A DNA stretch of 64,000 nt from Octopus vulgaris (GCA_951406725.2 OX597820.1:35340001-35404000), one strand, 5' to 3'; positions 37,733-51,549 are shown, numbered from the stretch's first letter. The notes: a model not told the origin generated them from the letters alone. Made by a program: numbers and translations.

Positions 37733-38198
37733 GTGCACAAGAACCGGTTACGTTGGACTGGACACCTTATTAAAATGAAGGATAGCAGGATCTCTGAACA
37801 GATGCTATATTGGGAACTTGCTAATGGAAAGAAATCTCGGCAGAAACCAAGGCTGCAATTTAAGGGCTGTGTCAAATCCTCATTAAAGGCCTGTGATATG
37901 CAGGAGACTGACTGGGAGAGCAATGCCTGTCATCGCCACAGATAGAAGAAGCAGGTTAAGAAGGTGGTGTCGAGAACTTTCAGAGAGCACGTATTCTGCA
38001 TGAATAATTTAAGCATGCTGCTCGAAAGCGCACTGCTAGTGTAGTGAATGGGGAAAGCTTGGTTTGCAATGCTTGCAGTCGTGTATTCTTGTCAAGTGCA
38101 GGGCTCATTAGCCATCAACGCAAATGCAAAAATATAAGTTATTCCTAGAGCGCACCATGTTCCTAAAGGTCTGCAATGGTCTTCCTGTTAACATTACC
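37733..38198 (+). mobile_element. 3' end of an RTE-clade LINE with one zinc finger
   Basis: RLRWTGHLIKMKDSRISEQMLYWELANGKKSRQKPRLQFKGCVKSSLK; CNACSRVFLSSAGLISHQRKC. Confidence 0.92.
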
Positions 38199-38211
38199 TA
38201 TATATATATAG

Positions 38212-38395
38212 GTTATGTTAAAAATTAAAGTTTAAATAGGAAGCTTTAGAATGTTGTATCCAAACCTTATTTTGGTTATGGCCCCAGTAATGTGCCTCAG
38301 GAATTCTTCGGTACATGTTTAGTATATTTTAGATAGCTGATAGGGTAGACAAACGATCGTTTCGGCTTACATCTGCGCCGCTCCGTGGGTGGGGA
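38212..38395 (-). mobile_element. Penelope-like pseudo-LTR fragment with degenerate hammerhead
   Basis: Starts at (AT)n; minus strand GGC..GCC-GAAA-CGATCGTT (palindromic stem III ACGATCGT); CUGANGA box not preserved. Confidence 0.35.
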
Positions 38396-38594
38396 ACGAT
38401 AAAATAGAATCCAATATACTCCACAGTGCAGAAGAAATCTCACCAGGTTACATAATACGATACTGTGTTATAATATTTACGTTTAGCGACTGTGAGTGGC
38501 AGGTTAGTGTTGGTCTGATGCGTGCGTTTATAGTAGTTCACAAATCCATTGTATTTGTGAACTATTATAAATGCTCAGCTCTTCAGAGAAATTG

Positions 38595-39475
38595 ATGTCA
38601 CGGAGAATTATGAAATTTAGTGTTGGGTAGAGCGATGACATTCTCGGGAAAACTCTAGGCGTCGACGTGGTTGAATTAGCTAGTCTGTTTCGGAGGACCT
38701 TCGGGTCTGCTACTACTATGGATAACTTTTAGAAATCCCTGGCTTGACTGTGGTACCATGGAGCACTGATAGTTTAAAATAAACTCAACAGGTACAGAAT
38801 TGCTGTCAGGCAAGCTGCGCGGAGAGCGACGATACCGTGCTGCGTGCACTCGTGCAGTTTCCAAGTATTGCTGACTTGTGGAGTTATGGAGAACAGCTGT
38901 TGTCGCGTATCGAATGAATCCATCTATCGGTCTGATCCATCGTGCGGATCGCTCACCATCCACTTTTAATAAGGCAGGACAGGGGATGTTCCTCTGTTTA
39001 GAGGCTATAGCGAAAGAGAATGTGTGGTAGACGAGGCTGAGAGGATTGAGGAAAGACACCTTCATCTTCGGTCAAGCTCTCACCGAAATTTTAAAATTTC
39101 ACTTGGAAAGGAATGTGAAGGTGGAGAGGTAAGAATTACCTCATAATGAATTTGGAAAAGTATGGGTGACTGTAGCAAAAATGGTTAAAGTGAATGACCC
39201 TACACTAAATATGCGCCCTAAATTATAGAGCACGAGAAAGCACCTGCGCCTTCGGGGTTTCTTGCAGTTCCTTGGTTGTCTTTAGCTGGCGTTTCTCTTG
39301 TATCAGGAGGACTGCATCATTCATGTTATTACATAACTTTGTATACTATATATAGTTTATGTTATTTCAGTCTTCCATTTCCGTCTCTCTCCTCCTTTAT
39401 GTAAATCTCCATGCAAATTGTTGTCTATCTTTGTGATGTCCCTCTCGTCAATGCACCGGTAACTAAGAAAAGAAG
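38595..39475 (+). mobile_element. Tx1/L1-clade LINE 3' fragment, related to 11779-13435
   Basis: VDVVELASLFRRTFGSATTMDNF vs DVENQLTAVFWSTFGPRPMDNF; VAKMVKVNDPTLNM vs VPRMVQVNGPGLNI; ends in (TTA)/(TCA)n. Confidence 0.8.
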
Positions 39476-39538
39476 TTATTATTATTATTATCATCATCAT
39501 CTTCATCATTATTTTATTATTGTCATTATTATTATTAA

Positions 39539-39935
39539 AGCGGCGGGCTGGCAGAATCGTTAGCGCGCCGGACGAAATGCTTAGCGGTATTTCGTCTGCC
39601 GCTACGTTCTGAGTTCAAATTCCGCCGAGGTCGACTTTGCCTTTCATCCTTTCAGGGTCGATTAAATAAGTACCAGTTACGTACTGGGGTCGATATAATA
39701 GACTTAATCCGTTTGTCTGTCATTGTTTGTCCCCTCTGTGTGTAGCCCCTTGTGGGTAGTAAAGAAATAGGTATTTCGTCTGCCGCTACATTCTGAGTTC
39801 AAATTCCACCTAGGTCGACTTTGCCTTTCATCCTTTCGGAGTCGATAAAATAAGTACCAGTTGAAAACTGGTGTCGATGTAATGGACTCATTTCCTCTAC
39901 CAAAATTCCTGCCCATGTGGCAAAATTTGAAACCA
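39539..39935 (+). mobile_element. SINE family B dimer
   Basis: Two cores; junction gaaata|ggtatttc at 39764-39777. Confidence 0.93.
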
Positions 39936-39945
39936 TTATTATTGA

Positions 39946-40006
<61 letters not shown>

Positions 40007-40007
40007 G

Positions 40008-40950
40008 AATGAGAGAGCAATGCATGCCATCAAAGTGACACTGGGGTAAAATATACGCCCAGTATACCCATCATGACTACCCGTCAGATAAGGGTACACC
40101 AGGCACATGCATTGCAATCATATGTGCGCGACATGGTGATTTCATATCAAAATATAGAGTGCATTACCTTGCAAGTGGTGTCTTATTAGAATTTTCTTCT
40201 GGTCGAGTAATCCATCCCCCTCAAAAGATTCCTGCTTATGGAGATTGAACAATTAAGGATATTGAACGAAACATCTATGTTTCCAGATGTGAATTATTCA
40301 AACCCCAAAACACATAGCTATGATGCTCAGTCATTACCTCTGCTCATAATCAGAGATATACATATCGTCAGCTACTAAAGGAATGCTCAACTGGTTAAGG
40401 TCAAGCAACTGACAAGCAAATCTGTGGTATTGAGCAGAATATTAGCCCATCTTTTATAACTACTTCTTTACTATCCACAAGGGGCTAAACAAAGAGGGGA
40501 CAAACAAGGGCAGACAAACGGATTAAGTCGATTATATCAACACAAGTGCGCAACTGGTATTTAACTTATCGACCCCGAAAGGATGAAAGGCAAAGTCGAC
40601 CTCGGCGGAATTTGAACTCAGAACGTAGCGGCAGACGAAACGCCTATTTCTTTACTACCCACAAGTGGCTAAACACAGAGGGGACAAACAAGGACGGACA
40701 AACGGATTAAGTCGATTTCATCGACCCCAGTGCGTAGCTGGTACTTAATTTATCAACCCTGAAATGATGAAAGGCAAAGTCGACCTCGGAAATACCTCGG
40801 CAGACGAAATACCGCTAAGAATTTCGCCCGGCGTGCTAACGTTTCTGTCAGCTCGCCGCCTTCCCATCTTTTATACCAAGACAAAACAATGTACTTGATA
40901 ACACTTCCAATCAGTTCAGATTAGAAGCCACGAGCTACTGCATCATGGCA
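40008..40950 (-). mobile_element. (AAT)n-flanked element interrupted by a SINE family B dimer (40461-40862)
   Basis: Host sequence resumes after the SINE; 13-bp target duplication cccatcttttata at ~40446 and ~40863. Confidence 0.92.
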
Positions 40951-40999
40951 TTTATTGTTGTTGTTGTTGTTGTTATCATCATCATCATCATCATTATTA

Positions 41000-41089
<90 letters not shown>

Positions 41090-42136
41090 TATGTTTGACT
41101 TTTGCTTTATGTTTGTACAAGTCGGCTCCAAGTCTCACCCAGAGGCCTCAAGAGACAACAGGCTGGAAGTTCACGTTGTTGTTATGCCTAGTGTGCCATA
41201 TATTTGGGGTTTTTTTGGTGTTGTATTATTGAATGTCTAATAAATAAATTTTTTTAAAAAATTGTTTGTTTTAAACCTTGAGATTACATAGAGAGTATTT
41301 TGCGTATTTATTATTATTATTATTATTATTATTAATAAGGCGGCGATCAGGCAAAATAGTTAGCACGCCCGGCAAAATGTTTGACGGCATTTTTCTATTC
41401 TCACCTTTACATGTGAACTTCAAGATCCTCTGGTACCAAGATACAGCTTTGTAACTTGATTTAATTCTTTCTGATTATGGACTCCTCACATCTGTAGAGG
41501 ACAAAATTCGAACCGCCGACTAGTCGGTTGACTGCCATTCACCACATTTATCTCAAATACCTCTGGTCCATAGAATCTTCGTTAAGAAAAAACTTTACTT
41601 TGTGCGTAAAACATTCAGATTTCTCAGTCACAAACCTTAAGGAAACATTACAAACATGTATTACATTCACAGTGAGAAGCTAGCAAGGGAACACTGATTG
41701 GTCATTTGCTATGCTAAAAATAGTACCCAAATATACCTTAAACCGCCACCGACAGTCCCGAACAAGGAAAACACATCGTTTATTGTATATCTATATTTGC
41801 TTTATCTTTGAAAACAACAAACAGCGACAGGATGAAATCATAATCACGGCTTCTACGTCTTCGTACATAGATATTTTCATTGAGGATTGATTGATCAGGA
41901 TTAGAACAACAACAGCGATAAGAAATAAAAAAAAAATGTGTTGTCTTCTCAGTATTTCATGCCCACAGCTATAGCAGTGACCTTATATACTCGGAGTCAG
42001 GTGATATCGAGAATCCACCAATCAGGCATTCCACCTTTCGTCAACCAAATCATGCTCCCTCCGTCGACACTGCACGAACCACTTCGCCAACAGTTCCTAT
42101 GCATCTATATCTGTCTGTCTGTCTGTCTCTCTCTCT

Positions 42137-42181
<45 letters not shown>

Positions 42182-42261
42182 AGTGTATGTACATACACGA
42201 ACATACAGACATACACATATACGACAATACCACACACACGCTCACTCTCTCTCACACATCA

Positions 42262-42336
<75 letters not shown>

Positions 42337-42933
42337 TATAACAGCTTACATACATATACCTTCGCTGGTCATCAATCACTACTTGCAACAACTCGTTTAG
42401 CCTCCTGGCGTGTTAGTAATCACGTGTAAATTGACGCCATAAAGAAACAGCTTCATTTTCATCTCGACAAGAAATACTTATTACAATCGGATGCTGAAAA
42501 ATATTGACAATTGATCTACGTCACCATTTTTAAAGACCAATTTTCCAATTGACACCAACTCAACACAGACTCACGTGGCCAAGCAGTCGTGTGATGCTAA
42601 AGCCGTTTCTTCATTGATTGAATAAACTCATATACATAACCGAAATTGTTGGCAGTACTTTTGTATTTACATTTCTGCTAATGTCACGTGTGTACGTAGC
42701 TGTGATTGTTAAAAAAACAAAAAGAAAAGAAAACTTCTATATAATTTTTTCGAGACACGTTTGTAAATGAACTTATTGGTCGGAGGTGATTGGTGGGGAT
42801 GGGGTTAGTTGCCAATGTAGTAACTATGTTAATATAAATGTTTTTGGGGGTCTAAACCATTTTTCTGCAAGTACTTGATAACACCACAATGACAGAATTT
42901 GTGTTTGAGTCTGAGTGTGTGTGTGTGTGTGTG

Positions 42934-43007
<74 letters not shown>

Positions 43008-43437
43008 GTAAGCACAAAAATACAAAACAAGGTGGAGAAAATAGCAGTTGAATACCGAAGGTAGAGTAATATGCTTTTATTAAAGCTACAACAATCATCG
43101 CAAACTCCTACTCGTTCCCGTTCGTTGGATAGTTGTGATCGCACGGTATATATGTATGTACGTATGTATGTATGTACGTGTGTGCGTGTGTATGTATGTA
43201 TGTATGTATGTATGTATCATGTTTGTATGTATGGACAGCCACGCACATATAGACTTACACATACATGACTATACCATAAACATACTTACACTCACTTACA
43301 CACATATGAGTGAATGTGGGTGACGATTGTAAAACACGAAACACTGTGTAACTCTAGGATATTACAACACCCAAAATTTATCTAAGCATTACATCAGTTG
43401 TCGTATATTAAACTTTACCAATATTTATTGTGTAAGA

Positions 43438-43660
43438 AGGCGGCGAGCTGACAGAAACGTTAGCACGCCGGGCGACATGCTTAGCGGTATTTCGTCTGTC
43501 TTTATGTTCTGAGTTCTGAGTTCAAATTCTGCCGAGGTCGTCTTTGCTTTTCATCCTTTCTGGATCGATAAATTAAGTGCTAGTTGCGTACTGGGGTCGA
43601 TCTAATCGACTAGCCCCCTTCCCCAAAATTTCGGGCCTTGTGCCTAGAGTAGAAAAGAAT
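43438..43660 (+). mobile_element. SINE family B, full length
   Basis: aggcggcgagctgacagaaacgttagcacgccgggc...gggccttgtgcctagagtagaaaagaat. Confidence 0.95.
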
Positions 43661-44097
43661 ATTTACTTTGTAACGTTGCACACAAAACTAAACTAAATCT
43701 CCTTATGACACCTATTAAGGTTGTTGCTCTTGTTACTGCAAATGTTGCTGCTGCTGCTGATATTCCTGCTGGTATTATTGCTGCTGCTGCTACTGCCGCT
43801 GCAGGCTCTGAACAAATAAGTCGTATAGTAACTCGCGGGCAGAAGCCGAACGACGTAATCAAGCCCACAGATCATTCTGTCCAATTACATTGTGGTTGGT
43901 CTGGCCGAAGACCACACTGAACACTACAATATACCGCGTTGGTCGGTATGGGATGATCAAACCAGACAGCCATTCAAATGCATTCCAGCCGTGACTATGC
44001 TGTCTTCTTTTAAGCATAGTATACCCTATACGCCATGTCCAATACATACTTTTTTTATTTTTAAGGAAGGAGGGTGTAATTTGAAGGTTATTCATTT

Positions 44098-44320
44098 ACA
44101 TGTTTCAGTTACTTGACTGCGGCCATGCTGGAGCACCACCTTAAAGGGTTTTAGTCGAAGAAATCGATCCCAAGACTTATTCTTTGTATGCCTAGTACTT
44201 ATTCTATCGGTGTCTTTTGCCGAACCGCGAACTTACGATGACGTAGACACACAAACATCGGTTGTCAAGCGATGACGGACAGAGACACACAAATACATAC
44301 ACACACACACACAGACACAC

Positions 44321-44388
<68 letters not shown>

Positions 44389-44525
44389 GATGGGCTTCTT
44401 TCAGCTTCCGTCTACCAAATCCACTCACAGGGCTTTGGTCGGCGTAAGGCTATAGTAAAAGACACCTACCCAAAGGGCCACGCAGTGGGATTGAGCCCGG
44501 AACCATGTAGTTTGAAAGCAAACTT
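44098..44525 (-). mobile_element. SINE family A
   Basis: tgtttcagttacttgactgcggccatgctggagcacc...ccgtctaccaaatccactcac...cccggaaccatgt. Confidence 0.92.
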
Positions 44526-45009
44526 CTTATCATTTCTAGCAGATCCAGTGACTATGTCATGATTTCTGTTTATAGTGTGATAGAGATGATAGCTGTGATG
44601 GTTGTTTTTGCTGTCGTTTTTATTGCTATTGTTGTTGTTACGAGTGCGCCGCTGCTGCTGCTCTTACTGTAGTTTATTCCTCAGTTTGGATTCTATGAAC
44701 AATTCTATGATGCAAGACATTCAACTCATGATAACTCCTACTTTTTCTACAACTATGATCACATTGACCAATGTGACTTTCCCCTTTTGAAGAAGATACA
44801 ACGGGATTTGAAAAAAAAGATTTGGTTGCTATTTCTAGCAGTGGTCGGGTCACTCCAACAGCTTTTACTTGATATACTATTAAGGGTAAAGTCGCACGGA
44901 ATGACAGCAATAACAGAGTATGCTCTACCTCACTTTCACGACAACCGACTTTAGGTCATCTGTTGACTGTTCTCGCATTTCGAAAGTTATACGGACCCCA
45001 CAGAGCCAA

Positions 45010-45565
45010 TACAAGGTAGGTATGCTGTTACATGACTCAGTAACTTTTACTGGTATATGTACTACTTCGGGTAGTGAGAGTATTGACACATTAGGAGTTT
45101 TAGGGACATTGTATCACCACTCCCCGGTCCGCTCTGGAAAGGTACTATAACCCCGGCCAGCTCTGGACCGGACCCCAGTAATGGGTCTAAAAGCAGAAGA
45201 AAACCATTCACTGTATTTTGTCATGGAAAAACGTTTCGCGTTATAGACAGAAATGTGTAGACGCACATAGCTCACAGCACCTCCTAACCAGACTGTGGTT
45301 AAGGTATACAGGACTCAGTGGGTGGGTGGCTTTTAGACACATGTTACGCAAATCTCTCCCACAAATCTATGGACATGCTCTGATGTCATGAAAATCAGTC
45401 TCTCTGTCTAAGGGATAAATAGGCCCTGTGATTCAAGAGCAACTTCAGTGGGTGAAGACAGGCGACTAGCAGTGGAAACTGTACAGAAACCGACCGAAGG
45501 CAACGAGAAACCGTTACAGTATTTTTCTCAAGGAAAATAACATGATCACTGACGTCTGTCGGGAT
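45010..45565 (+). mobile_element. Probable RTE-related non-autonomous element
   Basis: gaaggcaacgagaaaccgttacagtatttttctcaaggaaaataacatg resembles the BovB/RTE GGCAACCCACTCCAGTATTCTTGCC..GAAAA motif; ends in (GT)n. Confidence 0.3.
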
Positions 45566-45633
<68 letters not shown>

Positions 45634-45727
45634 TGTGTATGTGTGCGTGCGTGCGTGCGTGTATGCATGTGGAGAGAAAAAGAGAGAGTGAAAGGGAAAA
45701 AGAAAAAGAGAAAGAAAGAAGGAAGGA

Positions 45728-45823
<96 letters not shown>

Positions 45824-46114
45824 AATAGGGAGAGAGAGTGAATGAGCTAGTAAGCGGTCAGAAAAACTTTTGGCTGGAAAGTCTTCAATCAGTATATAAA
45901 AACCAATACAGAAGCAATTTATGTTAAATTCTTGGAAATGAGATACTGAAGGTGTGGAAACATCGAATATGAATTTAGGAACTTTATTGTTTCAAACCAG
46001 CTGAAAGAAAACTAATGAAAATACAAAAAATCTCAAATAAAAAAGAGAAAGCTAACTTGAGCAAAGTCATGCATCCAATGAAACACGCACATACATATAT
46101 ATACATATTATAAA

Positions 46115-47250
46115 ACTAGTAGAAATATATATTTTTCAACGTGTATATAGGATAAAATCTTATTAGAGCAGAAAAGTGTGTCGGCAACCAGCCATGAGGA
46201 TCGAACTTACTCCCCTGTAATATCTTGTGAGAGTGTCCTACGTTTAAGCTAAACTGCCGACCGACAAATTCTTCTGGAATTTTAGAAGTTATAACTCATT
46301 CAGAAACGCTAGATGTCATATAGATTATGTCATATGTAAACGAACTTAAGTTTATTTTTGAAGCGTTGACATATGTTGTAGAACAAATAGAAAGAAATAG
46401 TTTTCAACGCGTAAATACTGATAGAACAGCATATCTCTCTATATATAAATCTGAAGTTGTCAGTGTGTGGCAGGTTTGCTAGCCTTCAACTAACACTATC
46501 TCCTCCGAGACCCTGCGCAAAATTGAGACTATGATAGAAGGCTTGCTCTTCATTCCGTAGAAGAAAAAATTCAAATCGGACCATGTTAACACCAAAAATT
46601 ATTTACATCAAAACGGTGCTTTTTTTCTATGAAAATCTCTAGTTTTTACGATTTTTTGACTGCTGTGTCGCCATTTTTCGGTCTATTTCAACCAGAAAAA
46701 TGTTCACTTAAAGAGGATAACAAGCTACATAATGCAAAACTTTTACTTTTCAAAAATTCCAATTCTAAAGGTTCGAAACAAACCCGAGCAACGCCGGGCG
46801 ATACTGCTAGTATAGGATAAAATCTTTTTAGAGAAGAAAAGTGTGGCGGCAACTAGCCATGAGGATCGAACTCCCCTCCACTGTAATATCCGGTCAGAGT
46901 GTTCTACAATACCTTTCAGCGCTTCAAAAACAAACTTATGTTTGTTCACATATGACGTAATCTATATGACATGTAGCGTTTCTGGATGACTTTATAACTT
47001 CTAAAACTGCAGAAAAATTTGTTGGTCGGCAGTGTAGCTTAACGGTAGAGTACTCTAACCGGATATTAGAGGGGTTTAGGTTTGATCCTCATGCCTGGTT
47101 GCGTAGAAACTTTTCTGTTCTAGCAGGATTTTATCCTATTTATGCTGTTCTATCAGTATTTACACGTTGAAAAACATATTTCTACTTGTTCAAAAATACG
47201 TTTCGACGCTTCAAACACAAACTTATGTTTCTTTACATATGACGTAATAA
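46115..47250. mobile_element. Tandem-plus-inverted array of a ~287 bp unit containing a tRNA-like segment
   Basis: Units in one orientation at 46115-46433 and 46811-46910, opposite orientation at 46911-47250; A-box-like tagcttaacggtagag (~47035), B-box-like gttcgatcctc. Confidence 0.75.
46434..46810 (+). mobile_element. Non-autonomous Helitron (~377 bp)
   Basis: 5' TCTCTCTATATATAAA; subterminal hairpin CCCGAGCAACGCCGGG (46783-46798); 3' CTAG; inserted between A and T with no duplication; the empty site is reconstructable from the copy at ~47125-47160. Confidence 0.88.
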
Positions 47251-47281
<31 letters not shown>

Positions 47282-47380
47282 CACAAAGAGAGAGAGACAG
47301 AGTCAACAGATGGAATCCAGAGATTCTCAATATAGAAAACATATGATGTAATACACACACACACACATATATATTCACAC

Positions 47381-47453
<73 letters not shown>

Positions 47454-48514
47454 TAGAGAGAAAGAATCAACAGATGGAATCCAGAGATTCTCAATATAGA
47501 AAACACTTTATAGTATTCAAATTATTTGAACTTTCACTCCGAAACCTTCACCGAAGACTAACTCCGCGGGATAAAGAGTGACTGTATGAGGAATCTTGGT
47601 GAACACATATGGAGACAATGATGCAAATAAACAAAGAAACCTGCTTGGGTTTGATATACATGTATACATATAAATAGAGAGAAAGCAAAGAATGAACATT
47701 TCTAGACGATGAATATTCAAGTATATATATACAGATATTTATATATTAACAGGGCAAAATTACACTGAGTACAAAAGCACAAAAAGTTAAAGGGAAGAAA
47801 GTATGGTGCTACGAGTCCGATAGCTGCATATAGAGACACAGCGTTACTTTATAATGTTGGCAGATGTAGTTCACCAAAATATGCAATCAATAATGGAAAC
47901 AAACAAGCATTGGATAGATCCAGCCTCCGTCTTCAGGGTGGAGAGACAATATAGACTACCAGTGTACATCGCGTCAGGTATATAATTCTGTTATAGCAGT
48001 CTGGCATCAGAAAGTCTTAAAGAAAAAAGATGCCAGAACACGGAAACTGCAAAGTATTCCTTAGATTCGTTAGAAACAAAGGAATCTTTTGTATTTACAA
48101 GAATCTGCCCCGATGAAACAAACGCGAAGAAATTAATTAACCATGAACAACTCGCAGACATTCAGGAATCTAATGTTGTCGTCTCTCACAACTAATTCCT
48201 TGTTGTGTTGCGTGTTCTCATTCCCCGCCATTTCCTTTTTGTGCTGCACGCTTCTGTTAATGTAAAATAACAGGTTGGGTGGTATTTATGCCATGAGCAC
48301 TTAGGTAGAATTATTTATTCTCATTTAATTAGGAGCGATAATTAACGCATAAGTAACAAAAAAAAATCGGTGAATGTGAGAATCAGTAAAGGTTGAAAGT
48401 AGGATATTTTAAGCTATGTATCCATGCACGTTAAAGTTTCGAGATCACATTCCACCGGCACTAAATTTATATTTTATCTTCCTAGGTTCGATGGTATACG
48501 GACTATTTACTGTT

Positions 48515-48702
48515 TTACTCTTTTACTTGTTTCAGTCATTTGACTGCGGCCATGCTGGAACACCGCCTTTAGTCGAGCAAATCGACCCCGGGACTTATTA
48601 TATCGGGCTTTTTTGCCGAACCGCTAAGTGACGGGGACGTAAACACACCAGCATTGGTTGTCAAGCAATGCTAAGGAGACAAACACAGACATACTAACAT
48701 AT

Positions 48703-48783
<81 letters not shown>

Positions 48784-48958
48784 TATACATATACGACAGG
48801 CTTCTTTCAGTTTCCGTCTACCAAATCCACTCACAAGGCATTGGTCGACCCGGGGCTATAGCAGAAGACACTTGCCCAAGATGCCACGCAGTGGGACTGA
48901 ACTCGGAACGATTGTTTTTGGTAAGCAAGCTACTTACCACATAGCCACTCCTGCGCCT
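48515..48958 (-). mobile_element. SINE family A, full length
   Basis: Ends in ccacatagccactcctgcgcc, the reverse complement of the head. Confidence 0.95.
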
Positions 48959-49262
48959 ATTCACTGTTTTATTTTAACTTTTTAACTTAGGTAAGACATG
49001 ACCATCGAGAATGCTTATAAACAAAGACATTTCCAAACATGACCATCTTGTCTTTTAAACCTGCTGAGCAAGACAACAGACACTTAATTGGTATTATTAA
49101 ACCATCTCAGCGGGAGGTATTCTATTTAGTTAGCAAGACGTAGACATAATAACCACAAGCACATGTACATACATACAAACATGCGTACGTACGTACGTAA
49201 GTACAAACATATATATATACATACATACTTACATACATATATATATGTGAGTGTGTGTGTTG

Positions 49263-49311
<49 letters not shown>

Positions 49312-49446
49312 ATCCAAACAAGAAATATATATATGCTGGGGCATATATATATATATATATATATAAAGTATATATATATATATATATATATAGTTAATCC
49401 AAACAAGAAATATATATATGCTGGGGCATATATATATATATATATA

Positions 49447-49642
49447 TATAAAATATTATTAGAGACAAAACCACTATTTTGCAAAACAAACAAGGAAAGA
49501 CTTAATCAATACATAAAATTTTAATAAATATATATATATATACATATATGTATGTCTGTACATATTAAAATTTTATGTATTGATTAAGTCTTTCCTTGTT
49601 TGTTTTGCAAAATAGTGGTTTTGTCTCTAATAATATTTTATA
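49447..49642. repeat. Perfect 80-bp inverted repeat (49447-49526 / 49563-49642) in an (AT)n array
   Basis: tataaaatattattagagacaaaaccac...cataaaattttaata and its exact reverse complement; 36-bp AT-rich spacer. Confidence 0.93.
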
Positions 49643-49784
49643 ATATTTTACTATAAAATTGGATTTAATCCTAAATCTGATTTTTTTCCCTGTAAATTTG
49701 GATTTATTCCCTAATATTTATTATTATATATATATATATATATATAAAGTATATATATATATATATATAGTTAATCCAAACAAG

Positions 49785-49848
<64 letters not shown>

Positions 49849-49851
49849 TAT

Positions 49852-50215
49852 ACTTGTTGCAGTCATTGCACTAAGGCCATGCTGGGGCATCGACTTGAAT
49901 TTTTAACCGAATGAATGAATCGACCTTAGCGGTAATTTCGTTTTAAAGCGTGGCACTTAATCTATCGGTCTATTATTCCGAACCGGTAGCTTACGGGTAT
50001 ATAATTACACCAACACCGGCTGTCAACACACATATATAAGTGAATATATATATATATATATATATATAACGGGATTCTTTCAGTTTCCGCCTACCAAGGC
50101 TATGATCGGATCGACCGAAGATAAAGAAGACGCCCAATGTCTTACGCAATGGGATTGAATCTCAAACAATGTAGATGACAAGCAAGTTTCTTACCACAAA
50201 GACACACTCGGGCCT
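49852..50215 (-). mobile_element. Degenerate SINE family A
   Basis: ggccatgctgggg, ttctttcagtttccgcctacca, gcaagtttcttaccaca. Confidence 0.7.
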
Positions 50216-50609
50216 ATCTATAACATGTGCGTGCGTGTGTGCGTGTATGTATGTATTATGTATGTATGTATGTAGTACATGTATGTGAGTCTATACATTT
50301 ACATGTGCACGGATTTCTATATTTATATATTTATATGTATGTGCATATGTCTATACATATGTGCATACATATGCTTACACACGCATGCACACACACACAG
50401 ATATGTGTATATATGTGTGTGTGTGTGACTGTGTGTGTAAATATATATACAAACATATATAAATATATGCTTTTGTATAAAGATATGTGTATATATGTGT
50501 GTGTATCTGTGTCTGTGCATATATATATATACATATATATATGTTTGTATTTATGTGTATATATATATATGTGTGTTTGTGTGTGCGTGTGTGTATGTAC
50601 AGACATACA

Positions 50610-50668
<59 letters not shown>

Positions 50669-50965
50669 ACAGACATACATATATGGTAAGTAGTGAAAAT
50701 GATTATGCATATTAGTAATATGATTTTAAAGGCAATACACCTCAAGGTAACATACAGAGTTATTGGTTCCTTCATTCTTTTAAACCAAATAGCCATAAAG
50801 CAGTCGCTGTCACGTGGCATTATGATCACGTGAAGAGAGGAAGCTGGTCTGGTTTGTGGATGGAATGTGGTTTATAATCGGTGAACACAACAAGCGTCTG
50901 CAAAATGGTAATTATAGATAGGCATTTTAAACAACCACTGTATGAATGTACATACATACATACAG

Positions 50966-51005
<40 letters not shown>

Positions 51006-51139
51006 GCGCACGAACGTACACATACCCACACGAACGTACACACACACAAGCGCAGACACCCAATTTTCACATGCTTAAACTAAACACTTGCATACACACA
51101 CGTATATACATATCAACATGCATGTATACATACATAAAT

Positions 51140-51210
<71 letters not shown>

Positions 51211-51487
51211 AATAGATAGAGAAAGAGAGATAGGCTGATGGATACATTGATTGATAGATATGTTATATGCATATATATAGGTATATATATATATACATAT
51301 ACATACATACATAAATACATACATACACACACACACATTTATATATATGTATATATAGTTACATGCATGCATACACACACACACACACGTACCCTAAATA
51401 TATACGCAAATTACACAACAGGCGCATCATTATATACCTAAGGTGAACAGCTTGTTATATTTCTGGTGCTTTTAAATAAAACGTATG

Positions 51488-51549
<62 letters not shown>

